A stretch of 58,253 bases of DNA from Candidatus Latescibacterota bacterium (GCA_965205655.1 CBDBIJ010000135.1:1-58253); one strand, 5' to 3'. Positions 29,719-40,895 are shown, counted from the first letter of the stretch. A program made the numbers and translations. Notes: a model not told the origin generated them from the letters alone.

Positions 29719-30717
29719 ATGAGAATAGGAATCGCCGGAGTGCACTACGGCCATATCAGCGGCATGGTGCGTGACGCACGCGTCGCGTCGAACGCCGACC
29801 TCGTCGGGATCGTGGAAGAAGATGACGCGCTCTACGCGCAGTACACGGAGGAGTCACCGATTCGTCGATTCGAATCACTGGCGGAGATGCTGGAGGAGGC
29901 CGCTCCGGAGGTCGTCATAGAGGGACTCGCACACCACGAAAAAGTGGATGCGATCGAGGCCTGCGCGGCTGCCGGCGTCAACGTCTTTCTGGACAAACCA
30001 CTCTGCCGGACTATGGAGGACCGGTACCGGATCCACCGTGCCGTCGAAACCGGAGGAATACGGCTCACCATGTTCTTTACCTCCCGGTTCCATGCTCCGT
30101 TCATCGCACTCCGGGAGGCCATCCTGGCTGGTGAGCTCGGAGAGATCGTCAGTCTCATCTCCACCCACCCGCACAAGCTCGAGGGCTGGGCGCCTGACTG
30201 GTACTTCGATTCCAACCGCTACGTGGGCACTTTCAACGACCTCGCCTGTCACGGAGTCGACCAGGTGCGATGGCTCACGGGCGCGGAGTACGTCGGTGTC
30301 CACGCCTACGGCACATGCAAGAAACACTGCGAAGCGCGCGGCCTCGAGACGGATCACGTCCAGGCGTCGTTTCAGCTCAGCTCGGGAGCCGGCGCGGTGT
30401 TGACGGCGGACTGGCTCACCCCCGCGGATTCCCGCTCCTTCGGCGACACGCGGTTCATCATCATGGGCACTCGAGGCTCGGCCCACCTGCGGGCCTACGC
30501 GGAAGACGGACTGCTCATCGTGGCGGACGGCAGAGGCGCCTACGAGCCAGATTTCTCAGGCAAGTCAAGCGACAATTTCATCGAGAGCATGGTCACCGCA
30601 TTCGAAAAGGGTGAGGAGTGCCTCATCTCCACGCAGGACGTCATGGCCGTCGCAAAGGCGTGCATCAAGGCGGAGGAATCGGTGAGGAAAGGCGGAGAAT
30701 TTCTGAAAATCAAATAG
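29719..30717 (+). CDS. Gfo/Idh/MocA family oxidoreductase
   Basis: MRIGIAG, VFLDKP, DLACHGVD, GTRGS. Confidence 0.9.
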   Translation: MRIGIAGVHYGHISGMVRDARVASNADLVGIVEEDDALYAQYTEESPIRRFESLAEMLEEAAPEVVIEGLAHHEKVDAIEACAAAGVNVFLDKPLCRTMEDRYRIHRAVETGGIRLTMFFTSRFHAPFIALREAILAGELGEIVSLISTHPHKLEGWAPDWYFDSNRYVGTFNDLACHGVDQVRWLTGAEYVGVHAYGTCKKHCEARGLETDHVQASFQLSSGAGAVLTADWLTPADSRSFGDTRFIIMGTRGSAHLRAYAEDGLLIVADGRGAYEPDFSGKSSDNFIESMVTAFEKGEECLISTQDVMAVAKACIKAEESVRKGGEFLKIK

Positions 30718-30789
30718 CAGGAAAGGCCCCGCCAAACATACTCGTGATCCACACACAATTTCGTACGCGAGAGATTAGGGAGATCCACA

Positions 30790-31635
30790 ATGTCTATCGC
30801 GATCCGCAAGCTGACTGAGCATATCGGCGCCGAGGTTCAGGGCGTTGACATCGCCTCACCCATCGGAGATAAGACATCAAAACGACTCGGGGCAGCCTTG
30901 GTTGAGCACGGTGTGCTCGTGTTCCGAGACCAGGAGATCACAGACGATCAACACGTCGCCTTCACCGAGAGATTCGGGCGCCTCGAGAAGACGATGAAGC
31001 ACGATCCGATCGGCGATAATGTTCCAATCGGCGTTATTTCAAACCTCGACGAACACGGTGACATCATTCCGCCAGAGGATCCCCGGATGCAGTACACGGT
31101 CGGCAATACGCTCTGGCACTCCGACGGCGCCTTCAGGCCCGTGCCTCTGCGAGCATCCTTTCTAGCGGCCAAGGTGGTGCCGCCAGATGGAGGGGGAACC
31201 GAATTCGCCAGCCTTTGCGCCGCCTACGCAGCTCTTTCGGAAGAGAAGAAGGCCAGCCTTGAGGGTCTGGTCGCCGAGCACAGCCTGGCATACTCCCGCG
31301 GCCAGACTGCTCCTGAGCTGATGAGTGAAGACTTCCTGAGAGAAACGCCTCCGACCGAACAGCCTGTCGTGCGGACGATTCCCGAGACAGAGCAGAAGGC
31401 GCTCTTCGTCGGCTCGTACGCCATGTCGGTGAATGGCTGGGAGCTCGAGAAAGGAAGAGCGCTGTTGGGCGAATTGCTGGAATGGTCGACCCAGCCGCGG
31501 TTCGTCTACCGACACGCGTGGCGCGCGAATGACCTCGTCGCCTACGACAATCGCTGCTGCCTGCACCGAGGGCAAAGTTGGGATCGCGCCAGGCACAAGC
31601 GCCTGCTGCATCGGACGACGCTGGCGGGACCGTAG
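30790..31635 (+). CDS. TauD/TfdA family Fe(II)/2-oxoglutarate dioxygenase
   Basis: IGAEVQGVD, GVLVFRDQ, LWHSD, GGGTEFA, YDNRCCLHRG. Confidence 0.93.
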   Translation: MSIAIRKLTEHIGAEVQGVDIASPIGDKTSKRLGAALVEHGVLVFRDQEITDDQHVAFTERFGRLEKTMKHDPIGDNVPIGVISNLDEHGDIIPPEDPRMQYTVGNTLWHSDGAFRPVPLRASFLAAKVVPPDGGGTEFASLCAAYAALSEEKKASLEGLVAEHSLAYSRGQTAPELMSEDFLRETPPTEQPVVRTIPETEQKALFVGSYAMSVNGWELEKGRALLGELLEWSTQPRFVYRHAWRANDLVAYDNRCCLHRGQSWDRARHKRLLHRTTLAGP

Positions 31636-31661
31636 CAGCCTCGCTACCCTTCGAGCTCAAC

Positions 31662-32463
31662 TCAGGGGACAGGCATTCCTTCCGCCCACGCCGGCATGGG
31701 CTGGTTCTGGGAGTTTCTGAGTTTCTCCAGATCCTCGAGAGGGGGCTGTTCGAAGACGCCGATGCGACTAACGGGCGGCAACCCCACGGTCCCCAGGGTA
31801 GCCATCATTTCGGCCATCTTGAACCCCGGGAGCATGCCATCGATGATGGGGGCGATCGAGCTTTCCGGATCGTCGCGGGCCTCTTTGGAGAGCACGGAAC
31901 CGGCCAGGGTGCAACCGGCGATGAGAACTTCGGCGCCATCCTCCTGCACGCATCGTCTGGCCGTTTCCCAGCACCGTCCTGTGAGTCTCCTCTGGTGGAG
32001 TTTGTTCGACGTAGAGGTCATTGGCGTCTATGCCAAAACTGCGCACAGAAACCAGACCCTGCGCGAGTTGATACTGTTGTAGAATCATCTTCTGAATCTG
32101 ACCGTTCTGGTCGTCGACGCTCAAAAGTGAGAAGCGGCGTCCCATCATGTGGGCGGTCAGGGCGGCCGCCTCCAGGGTGGCAGTGACTGGAATGGTGCAC
32201 ATCTGGCGGCACTCGTAGAGGCCGATGTCAAGGTTGCAGCTTATGAAGACGGCGTCGTACCCCTGGCGTTCGGCTTCGACGGCTCGGTCGATGGTAGCGC
32301 TGGTACAGCTGTGTCTGAAGAACAGCCATTGGTTGTTGGTGAGCGGGTAGCGGTCCTCAATGTTGACGATATCGAAGTCCGTACCCGACGAGGCAATGGC
32401 TTCGAGGTTGTCTCGACCGAAAAATTCGGTACCCGCAAATGGATTTATGACGCAGATGCGCAT
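31662..32463 (-). CDS. Asp/Glu/hydantoin racemase family, +1 frameshift at ~31967
   Basis: MRICVINP, GYDAVFISCNLDIGL; corrected VLETARRCVQEDGAEVLIAGCT; two catalytic Cys. Confidence 0.87.
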
Positions 32464-32485
32464 GTGCGGATTCTCCTCATTGATA

Positions 32486-33659
32486 TCAGGCGCGGTTGGT
32501 GCCGTAGGCGGCACTGATGAGGGCATTCCCCGAGAAGCGGCGCACGTTCAGGGGAGTAATATCGATCGAATGCGCGGCTGCGTCGACGATTTCTTCGGCC
32601 ATGACTTCGCCGATGGCCGGGCCGATCTTGAAGCCGTGTCCACTGAATCCGGCGCACATGTAGAAGCCTTCGACCCCGTCGACCCGTCCGAGGACCGGGT
32701 GCCAGTCCGGGGTTACGTCGTAGAGGCCGGTGTAGGAGTTGAGCGCCAGAATCTGCTTGAAGCACGGCCACCGGGCGTGCAGCCGTGAGGTGACTTCGGC
32801 GATGAAGGAGATGTCGACTTCCTGATTGTAGCCGTCGGGTTCAGTGTATTCGTATTCCTTGGGAAACCCTCGGCCTACGAGAGTGCGGCTCGAACCATCG
32901 GGCCGGTAGTAAATGGCTTTGGCCATGTCGGAGAAGCAGAGCCTCGGAGGGCCTCCGGCGCTTGGCCGTATCGAAGATTATCTCTTCTTCGCGTGTGACC
33001 TGAAGAGGCAGGTCGACTCCCGCCCATCGGGCGACGCGGTCGGCCCAGGGACCGGCGGCGTTGACGACGATGTCGGTGGCGATTGCGCCCGAGTCTGTGT
33101 TGACGCCCTTGATCCCATCGCCATCAGTGATCAGTCCCCGGACCGAGGTGAGCTGCTGCAGCTTCCCGCCGAGCTCGACGAAACGCTCGACGTAGGCGTG
33201 GGTAGTTGCGCGCGGATCGGCGTATCCGGACCGGGGTTCGTAAGCCATGCGGTGGACGTCGGACAGGTCGATGCGAGGCTCGATGTCATTGAGCTCCTCA
33301 CGGGAGATCTCTCGCACGTCTACGCCAAGACGCTGGCCCATTTCGATGTTAGAGCTGAAACCCTCGGAGACCTCTGAGGGAATGAGGAAGGCCCAACCGC
33401 AATTGACAAAGCCAGGATCGCCGCCGCCTACCTCAGAGGCGAAGTTGTGGAAGATCTCCACGCTTCGCTTCACCAGGCGGACGAGCACTTCATTTGAGTA
33501 GTGCTGGCGGATGATGGCTGCGGAACGCCCGGTACCCCCGGAGGCGAGCAGCTGTTTCTCGATGAGGACGACGTTCTCGAGGCCGCGCTTTACCAGATTG
33601 TAGGCGGTGGCGGCGCCATTGATACCTGCACCGATAACTACTGCGTCTGCAGTCTGCAT
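32486..33659 (-). CDS. FAD-dependent oxidoreductase (DAO/sarcosine oxidase beta-like), +1 frameshift at ~32962
   Basis: VIGAGING, GGTGRSA, VNAAGPW; second frame GLYDVTPDWHPVLG, AGFSGHGFKIGPA. Confidence 0.9.
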
Positions 33660-33829
33660 TCAGAATCCGTGGTTGATTTTTTTGGGTGGGTTCCCAAAAC
33701 TAACTGCTGGTCCGGAAGGGGCCAAGGGGCGAGAATGAGCAAGACCTACAGAGTCGGAGTCGTGGGTTGCGGTGGCATGGGTGAAGTCCCATTTTCAGTT
33801 GAAACAGAGCACAGGCTCGGGTGATGTTC

Positions 33830-35101
33830 TCAGCCCGTCATCGCGAGCTGTTTGATGCCGAGCTCGGTTTGAAGAGCTTGACGGAGCGTTGACAGGTGGT
33901 GGTAGCCCTTGACTCTGCGCAGTCGGTCCTCGATGTCGAGCAGCGCCGTGGCTGCCCAGCGGTGACGCTGCGAGGAGTTCGTCCAGTGCCGCACGTTGCG
34001 CGTGAGCTGGCCCAGGAGGCTGTTGACGTTCTCGATGCAGTTGGTGGTGCGGAAGGAATCCTTCAGCATCGGCATCAGTCCCAGGCGATGGAGCGTCAGG
34101 GTTTCTTCCAGGCCTTCCTCGAGGCTCTTCAGAGCAGATTGGTTCATCAGTTTCAGACCGGGCTTGAGCGCTTTCAGGGTCGCCTTCGCCTCTTCGTAGG
34201 TGGGCTTATTGTAGGCCGCCTCAATCTTGCGACGGACTCGGGCCTGTTCACTTTTCGGCAGGTACGACACGACGTTCTTGCGCTTGTGATACTGGCAGCG
34301 CTGCACACAGGCATGGCCCTTCAGCACCGACATTACCGCCTTGTAGAGGCCCTTGGCGCCGTCGATCAACACCAGCAACCCGGCCTCGTATTGCAGGCCC
34401 CTGTCGACCAAGTCGGCCAGGAAGCGGCGACAGACGCGCTCGTTCTCGGTGGCGGCCTCCACGAAACCCAGCGGGATCTTGTGCCCGTCAAGGGTGACGC
34501 CCAGAGCGATGATGAGCTCTTCGTCCGCGAAGCTCTTGCCGTCGAGAAACAGCGCCACCAGGTCGTAGCCTTCCAGGGAGCGCTCCTGGAATTCGGCCAG
34601 CTTGCGAGCCGTGCCCTTCACGTAGCGACGGGAGACCGACGAGCGTGACAGACCGAACGTCTCCGGTACGGTCTCGGCGCAGTCCTCGTAGTTGCGAGTG
34701 GCGATACCCTTCAACACCTTCCGCAGCAGTCCTTCGTCCATTTTCCGGGGCGTCTGCAGGGCCTGGTAGGCGTCCAGCGCGACCTCCGTGTCGCTGTCGA
34801 CGTTGCGTACCCGGGGCACCTCTACGGGTACCTTCTGATCACCCGGATATACCGATCCCCGCTGAGAGCCCCAGCGACGGTACGGCTGATCTGACTCCTT
34901 GCGTTGATACCGGCGCCCGGCCAATTCCATGACCGCCCTCTGCAGCTCTTCGGCCACCGCCTCCAGTCCGAGAGGGACCAGCAGCTGGATCGCCTCGATT
35001 CTAGCATCCAGATCCTCTGCCACAGCTCCTGCCGCTGGATCCACGGTGCCGATTTCAACCGTGCGTTTGAGGCGCTTCTTCCGTGCTGATAGCTTGCCCA
35101 T
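33830..35101 (-). CDS. IS256-family transposase (diverged relative of 9470-10741)
   Basis: Start MGKLSARKK; LFLDGKSF, LIDGAKGL, QRCQYHK, RTTNCIE. Confidence 0.95.
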   Translation of the reverse strand: MGKLSARKKRLKRTVEIGTVDPAAGAVAEDLDARIEAIQLLVPLGLEAVAEELQRAVMELAGRRYQRKESDQPYRRWGSQRGSVYPGDQKVPVEVPRVRNVDSDTEVALDAYQALQTPRKMDEGLLRKVLKGIATRNYEDCAETVPETFGLSRSSVSRRYVKGTARKLAEFQERSLEGYDLVALFLDGKSFADEELIIALGVTLDGHKIPLGFVEAATENERVCRRFLADLVDRGLQYEAGLLVLIDGAKGLYKAVMSVLKGHACVQRCQYHKRKNVVSYLPKSEQARVRRKIEAAYNKPTYEEAKATLKALKPGLKLMNQSALKSLEEGLEETLTLHRLGLMPMLKDSFRTTNCIENVNSLLGQLTRNVRHWTNSSQRHRWAATALLDIEDRLRRVKGYHHLSTLRQALQTELGIKQLAMTG

Positions 35102-35190
35102 TGCAGGCTCCTTTCTTGTTACCCACACGAGATTCTTTCCAGGATTTCTCGTAAGAAGGTAACGATGGGGAGCCTGTGCTGTTTCAACTA

Positions 35191-36831
35191 GCCTGAATTA
35201 TTCATAAAAATGCGGTGACCTCTTGTACAACTGGTTGTTTCGCCCTAAGTTAGGGTTGGACACAAACAACAACCATTTGAGAGGACACCGCGACGAAAAG
35301 GTCGCAGATCACGTTATCCTTTGCAAGCATCTCGGGCAGGAAGATCGAAGCCGATTTTGACGGCGGCACGACGACCAGCGATGGGGGCGCCCTGCTCCTG
35401 CGGCAGGCGGAATCCAAGATAGGGATCGTAGACCGAATCGTAAGGGCGTTGTGTGATCGCCGACATCAAAGCTATATCGACCATACCTATACCGACCTCA
35501 TCAAGCAGCGCGTCTTCCAGATCGCCTGCGGGTACGAGGACGCCAATGACAGCAACGACCTGCGTTCAGATCCGGCTCTGAAGGCAGCATGCGATCGACT
35601 CCCCCTGACGGGAGCCGATCTGGCCAGTCAACCGACCATGTCTCGTTTCGAGAACAGTATCAGCCGCACGGACCTCTACCGAATCGGGCTCGCGTTACTG
35701 GAAACATTCATCGAGTCCTACGACAAGCCGCCGAAGAAGATCATCCTGGACATTGATGACACGGATGATGCCACGCACGGTTCACAGCAACTGTCGTTGT
35801 TTCACGCTTACTATGACGAGTACTGCTACCTGCCCGTCCATCTCTACGAAGCAGAGACAGGCAAGTTGATCACCACCATTCTGCGACCCGGTCGTAGAAT
35901 CCGTGGCCGCGAGGCCGCGGCGATTCTCAGACGCGTTCTGGATCATATCCTCATGGCCTGGCCGCAGGTGCAGATCACCTTGCGTGGTGACGCGCACTTT
36001 AGCACCCCGGAGGTGCACGACCTGTGCGACGAATACGGCCTAGCGTTCATTCTCGGACAAGCGGTCAACCAGAAGCTCAAAGCGCTCGGCGCACCGCTGA
36101 TGGAGCAGGCAGCCGCCCTGGCGGAGCAGACCGAAAAGCCGGTGCGGCTCTTTACACGCTTCGATTATCAGGCCGATAGCTGGAGCCGTCCGCGCCAGAT
36201 CATCTACAAGGCCGAGATTACGCAAGGAAAGGCCAACCCGCGTTTTGTGGTCACGAACATTCGGAACCGAACGCCCAGGTTTCTGTATGAGAAGGTCTAC
36301 TGTGCTCGCGGACGATCGGAAGGGTTCATCAAGAATCACAAGACCTTCCTGAACTCCGACCGGACCTCCTGCCATCGATTCCCGGCAAACCAATTCCGCC
36401 TCTTCCTGCACAGCGCCGCCTATGTGCTTGTGCACGCGATCAAACATATCGGCATGCGAGGCTACCCAATGGACGACGTCCAACTTCGACACGATCCAAC
36501 TCCGCGTCCTCAAAATCGGCGCCAGAGTACGGGAGCAAACCACCACGGTGCGCTTTCACTTTCCGACGTCATATCCGCTCAAGGACTTGATGAGGTTGAT
36601 CGTCTACAACCTCGACACCGCGTAATGCGCACGATGACGACGCACCAAAAAATCGATCATCAGCACGACCAAGGGATCAGTCTGTCCGGAGGAAATGCAA
36701 CACCGCCTGACACATCGACCTACGACCAAGAAACACGGACCCGAAAATCACACTTGAGCGAGAAACGCCTCAGTGCTTCATCATTTACCGAATCCCGATC
36801 AAACCTGAGCGAATTTATGAATTATTCAGGC
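35191..36831 (+). mobile_element. IS1380-family element
   Basis: 18-bp terminal IRs GCCTGAATTATTCATAAA / TTTATGAATTATTCAGGC (1 mismatch); exact ends +/-1 depending on TA versus CTAG/CTAA target. Confidence 0.9.
35293..36625 (+). CDS. IS1380-family transposase; apparent ACG start, +1 frameshift at ~36463
   Basis: FDGG..TSDGGALLL, GYEDANDSNDLRSDP, LASQPTMSRFEN, LDIDDTDD, RGDAHF, YCARGRSE; C-terminus TIQLRVLKIGARV in second frame. Confidence 0.88.
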
Positions 36832-37934
36832 TAAGATCGGGACCATGCCGTGGCATGATGGGGTACAGCCACACGAAATGTGTGCAGGAGACCGAGGGGT
36901 TCGAGTGCGCGGCGATCTGTGACATTTCGGAAGACGCACTGCAGCGCATCGGCGACGAGTTCGAGGTCTCCGACCGCTACACCAACTACGAATCGATGCT
37001 CGAGGGGGTGAAGGACCTCGATACTGTTGCAGTTGCCACTCACACCAGAGATCACATCGTCCCTACGATCGCCGCCCTCGAACGGGGCATCTCCGTTCTG
37101 TGCGAAAAGCCTATCGCGATCTCTCCAGCCGAAGCCGACCAAATGGTGGCGTCATCGAGAGCGTCGGGCGCCAAGCTGTCGATCAACCACCAGGGCCATG
37201 TGAGCGCCGGCATTCGCAAGGCGATCACTCTCATCGATGACGGACTCATCGGTGAGATCGTCATGGTTCGCGGTCGCAACAAGGCGGGGCGGCCCAGCGG
37301 CAACGAGTTCATGGAGATAGGCACCCACATCACAGACTGGCTCATTCAGCTCGGAGGCGAGCCGGTGTGGGTTTCCGGCACCGTCTACTGCCAGAAGCGG
37401 CGCGCAAAAGTGGGCGACATCATGGACGCGCGCGAGCTCAATCCCAAAGACCGCGACTCCGGCCTCGTGGCGGGGACCTCCGCCGTGGCCACCTACGGCT
37501 TTTCGGGCGGTGTACACGGAGAGATCAATTTCATCGGTTACGAGCAGGAGCAGATGGGAACCTACGGCGTCGAAATCTGGGGAACGAAGGGACAGCTGGC
37601 GTTCCGCGTCGACCTCGCTCATCTGGACAGGAACCTGTGGCATCTCCCGCGTCCCACGGAAGGCCTGCCGTCGGACCTCGGCGATTGGGAGTTGGTGGAT
37701 GTGAGTGAAATGGGCATCGAAGATCCGCAGGTGACGATGTACCGACACCTTGCCCGCGCCATCGAATCCGGCGACGATCCACCCTGCCACGGCGAGAGTG
37801 CCCGCATGGCACTGGAGATGGTGCTGGGAATCTATCAGTCCCACCGCGAAGAGGGCAGGCGAATCCAGCTGCCGCTGGGGGACCGCCGGCATCCGCTCGA
37901 GTTGTGGCGGAAGGAGGAGGGTCCGGCGCGATAG

Positions 37935-39273
37935 TCAGTGCTTTTCTTTAACGCAGTAGAGGTAGCGGTGCCCGCGCAAGAAGAGCTCGTCCCCGGCGAT
38001 CGCCGGGGACGCGGAGAAGTCATCGTCGAGCTGATTCTCCGCGAGGGTCTCGAAGTCGTCAGCCCTGACGACGGCAGAGGCGCCGTTTCTGCCGACGAAA
38101 TACACCCTGTCGCCCGCCGCTACGGGCGATGAATAGATCCCGGTAATTCCCGGCAGTCGCTGCAATGTATTCAGCTGTCGCCCCGTCGCGGCGTCGAGAC
38201 TGTAAAAGAGTCCCTTGTCGTCTTTGACGACGTAAAGCCTCTCACCGTGCAGCAGAGGTGATGCCACCCACGGCGTGCTCAGCTTCACTTTCCAAGCAAG
38301 TTGCTCAGAATCGGCGATGTCGCCTTTCGCGCCCTCGAGCTTTACAGCGAACACAGCGCGATCCTCATAGGAGCTGGTGACGTAGACGAGTCCGCCATCT
38401 ACTATGGCCGTAGCGGTAGTGCTCCCACGAAAGCCACTCATGCGCCATACGAGCTCGCCGCTGCCGAGATCGTAGGCGCGCAACCCGCTCCTTGCGCTTG
38501 TGATCACCTGAACGGCGCCGTCTACCTCTGCTGTCAGCGGCGTCGACCAGGACGTGGCTTCATCGCGGTGTGTCCGCCACTGCTCCTCACCGGTACGTTT
38601 GTCGAGTGCCATCACGAATGACGAGTCCTCGTGATCCCAGTTCACGATGATGGAGCTGCCTGCGAGCAGGGGAGAGCTGGCCTCCCCGAATCCGAACAGG
38701 GTTCGCTGTTCGCCGATTTGCCGCTCCCATTGGACATCACCCTGCCAGTCGACGCAGTACAACCCCCTCGATCCGAAGAAGGCGTATACCCGTTCGCCGT
38801 CAGTGACCGGCGAGTTGGACGCCCAGCTGCTGAACGCGTGCGTGCCTTCGCGGGGAATGACTTCATTCAAGATTCGTTGCCACAGGAGCGCTCCCGACCC
38901 GCGGTCCAGGCACAGCAGCGCGAATCGCTGAACGGCCGTCGAGGGCACCATCGGCTGACCCTGAACCGTGTCCGCTGTGGCTGAGCTGACGTTGTCATCG
39001 GCGGGAATGGCTGTGGTCACGAAGACGCGGTCGTTCCATACGATCGGCGAGGAGTGTCCCTTGCCGGGTATTTCGACCTTCCACTTTACGTTCTGTTTTT
39101 CCGACCACGTCACGGGCGGGTTACCGGCGGCTGAACCCGTCGCGTTCGGACCCCTCCATTGGGGGCCAATTGGCGGCGTCAGTGCCGTGGTAACGCCACT
39201 GGTGGCTCGCGGGGCCCGAGGAGCATGAGAGGAGTGTCGAAATCAGAGATGCGAACAGCAGGAATCGAGACAT
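37935..39273 (-). CDS. PQQ-like beta-propeller (BamB-family) lipoprotein, +1 frameshift at G-run 39161-65
   Basis: MSRFLLFASLISTLLSC lipobox; corrected NWPQWRGPN; GHSSPIVW, ASSPLL, SWSTP, SSPVA repeats. Confidence 0.85.
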
Positions 39274-39324
39274 TTCTGTTCGTGGATGGGGACTGAATTC
39301 AGGATAGGCTTCTTTGGCTCGCTC

Positions 39325-39891
39325 TCAGTCGATCATCTCCAGGAAATAGCGGTGTACTTCGGTGCCGCCGGAGAGTTCGGGGTGGAAGGAGGCCACTAGG
39401 ATGTTGCGTTCGCGGGCTATGACGCAGTCGCTTTCGCAGGTGGCCAGCGAGCTAACTTCGGGGCCGAGCTCGGTGATGCGGGGTGCGCGGATGAAGACCA
39501 TGGGGAGCTCGATCTGGCGGCCGTTGGGTGAGAAGCGGCCGGTGGCTTCGAAGCTCTCGCGCTGGCGGCCGTAGCTGTTGCGCTCGACCGTCACGTCGAT
39601 GAGGCCGAGTGACTTCTGGGGCGGGTTGATGACGTTGCGGGCGAGGAGGATGAGGCCGGCGCAGGTTCCAAAGATGGGCCTGCCTGTCTCTGCGAACTGG
39701 CGCAGAGGCTCCCAGAGGTCGGACGCGTCGATGAGCTTGATGAGGGTCGTGCTTTCGCCGCCGGGGACGACGAGCCCGGAGAGCTCATCGAGCTCACACG
39801 CTTTCTTGACGACGCGGACTTCGGCCCCGAGCTGCTCCAGCGCGCGGCTGTGAGCCGCAAAGTCGCCCTGGAGAGCCAGAACGCCGATCAT
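39325..39891 (-). CDS. pdxT: Pyridoxal 5'-phosphate synthase glutaminase subunit
   Basis: GVLALQGDF, PGGESTT, GTCAG, RNSYGRQ, FIRAP, FHPEL. Confidence 0.98.
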   Translation of the reverse strand: MIGVLALQGDFAAHSRALEQLGAEVRVVKKACELDELSGLVVPGGESTTLIKLIDASDLWEPLRQFAETGRPIFGTCAGLILLARNVINPPQKSLGLIDVTVERNSYGRQRESFEATGRFSPNGRQIELPMVFIRAPRITELGPEVSSLATCESDCVIARERNILVASFHPELSGGTEVHRYFLEMID

Positions 39892-39926
39892 GGAATTCGT
39901 GAAGGGGCGCTACGGCAGCGGGATGG

Positions 39927-40826
39927 TCACCAGCCCCGATTCTGGAGAAGCTGACCCTCGTCCAGCGTCTGCATCTCGATTCCCGGCATGGCTTCGCCGA
40001 GCTCTTCCGAGACGCGGATGAGGACGTCGGGATCCAGATAGTGGGTGGTGGCCTCGACGATGGCCTTGGCGCGTCGCGGCGGGTCGCTGGATTTGAAGAT
40101 GCCCGAGCCGACGAAGACGGCCTCGGCACCCAGCTGCATCATCAGCGAGGCATCGGCGGGTGTGGCGATGCCTCCGGCGGCGAAATTCGGCACCGGGAGT
40201 TTGCCGCTCGAGGCGACCATTTTCACCAGCTCGTACGGGGCACCCAGATCCTTGGCCGTCGTCATGAGCTGCTCGGGCCCGAGGACGGTGAGGCGGCGCA
40301 GTTCATCCATGACAGAGCGCATGTGGCGCACGGCTTCGACGATGTTGCCGGAGCCGGCCTCGCCTTTGGTGCGGATCATGGCCGCTCCTTCGCCGATGCG
40401 GCGCAGGGCCTCGCCGAGATTGCGGGCGCCACATACGAAGGGAACGTCGAAGGCGAACTTGTCGACGTGGAAATGCTCGTCGGCAGGCGTCAGCACTTCA
40501 CTCTCGTCGACGTAGTCGACGCCGAGGGCCTGCAGGATCTGGGCCTCGGCGAAGTGGCCGATGCGCACCTTGGCCATGACGGGAATGCTGGCGGACTCCA
40601 TGATCTCGCGGATCTTCTGCACATTCGCCATGCGGGCGACGCCGCCGTCTCTACGGATGTCGGAAGGGACTCTCTCGAGGGCCATAACAGACGTGGCACC
40701 CGCATCTTCGGCGATCTTGGCCTGATCGGCGTTGGTCACATCCATGATGACCCCGCCCTTGAGCATCTCGGCAAGGCCGGTCTTTAGCCGGAAAGTACCT
40801 GTTTGTGGTTGGCCGTTGTCACCCAT
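39927..40826 (-). CDS. pdxS: Pyridoxal 5'-phosphate synthase lyase subunit
   Basis: [51 protein letters not shown]; start MGDNG with AAGGAG. Confidence 0.98.
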   Translation of the reverse strand: MGDNGQPQTGTFRLKTGLAEMLKGGVIMDVTNADQAKIAEDAGATSVMALERVPSDIRRDGGVARMANVQKIREIMESASIPVMAKVRIGHFAEAQILQALGVDYVDESEVLTPADEHFHVDKFAFDVPFVCGARNLGEALRRIGEGAAMIRTKGEAGSGNIVEAVRHMRSVMDELRRLTVLGPEQLMTTAKDLGAPYELVKMVASSGKLPVPNFAAGGIATPADASLMMQLGAEAVFVGSGIFKSSDPPRRAKAIVEATTHYLDPDVLIRVSEELGEAMPGIEMQTLDEGQLLQNRGW

Positions 40827-40895
40827 GTCGCTGACTCCTTCGTACGAGCTGACTCGATCTGAGGCGTTCATCAGGAAAGTACTCCACGCGTCTAC

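Larger units (their letters stand above)
33780..36849 (-). mobile_element. IS256-family element with 8-bp TSD GTGGCATG, its terminal IR split by IS1380
   Basis: TSD at 33772-79 and 36850-57; IR halves GTTTCAACTA (35181-90) and AGATCGGGACCATGCC (to 36849) match the IR of the 9420-10847 element. Confidence 0.93.
33735..37934 (+). pseudogene. Gfo/Idh/MocA oxidoreductase interrupted after codon 15 by nested IS256/IS1380
   Basis: MSKTYRVGVVGCGGM (33735-33779) continues in frame at 36858 as MGYSHTKC...VLCEKP...GTH. Confidence 0.9.
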
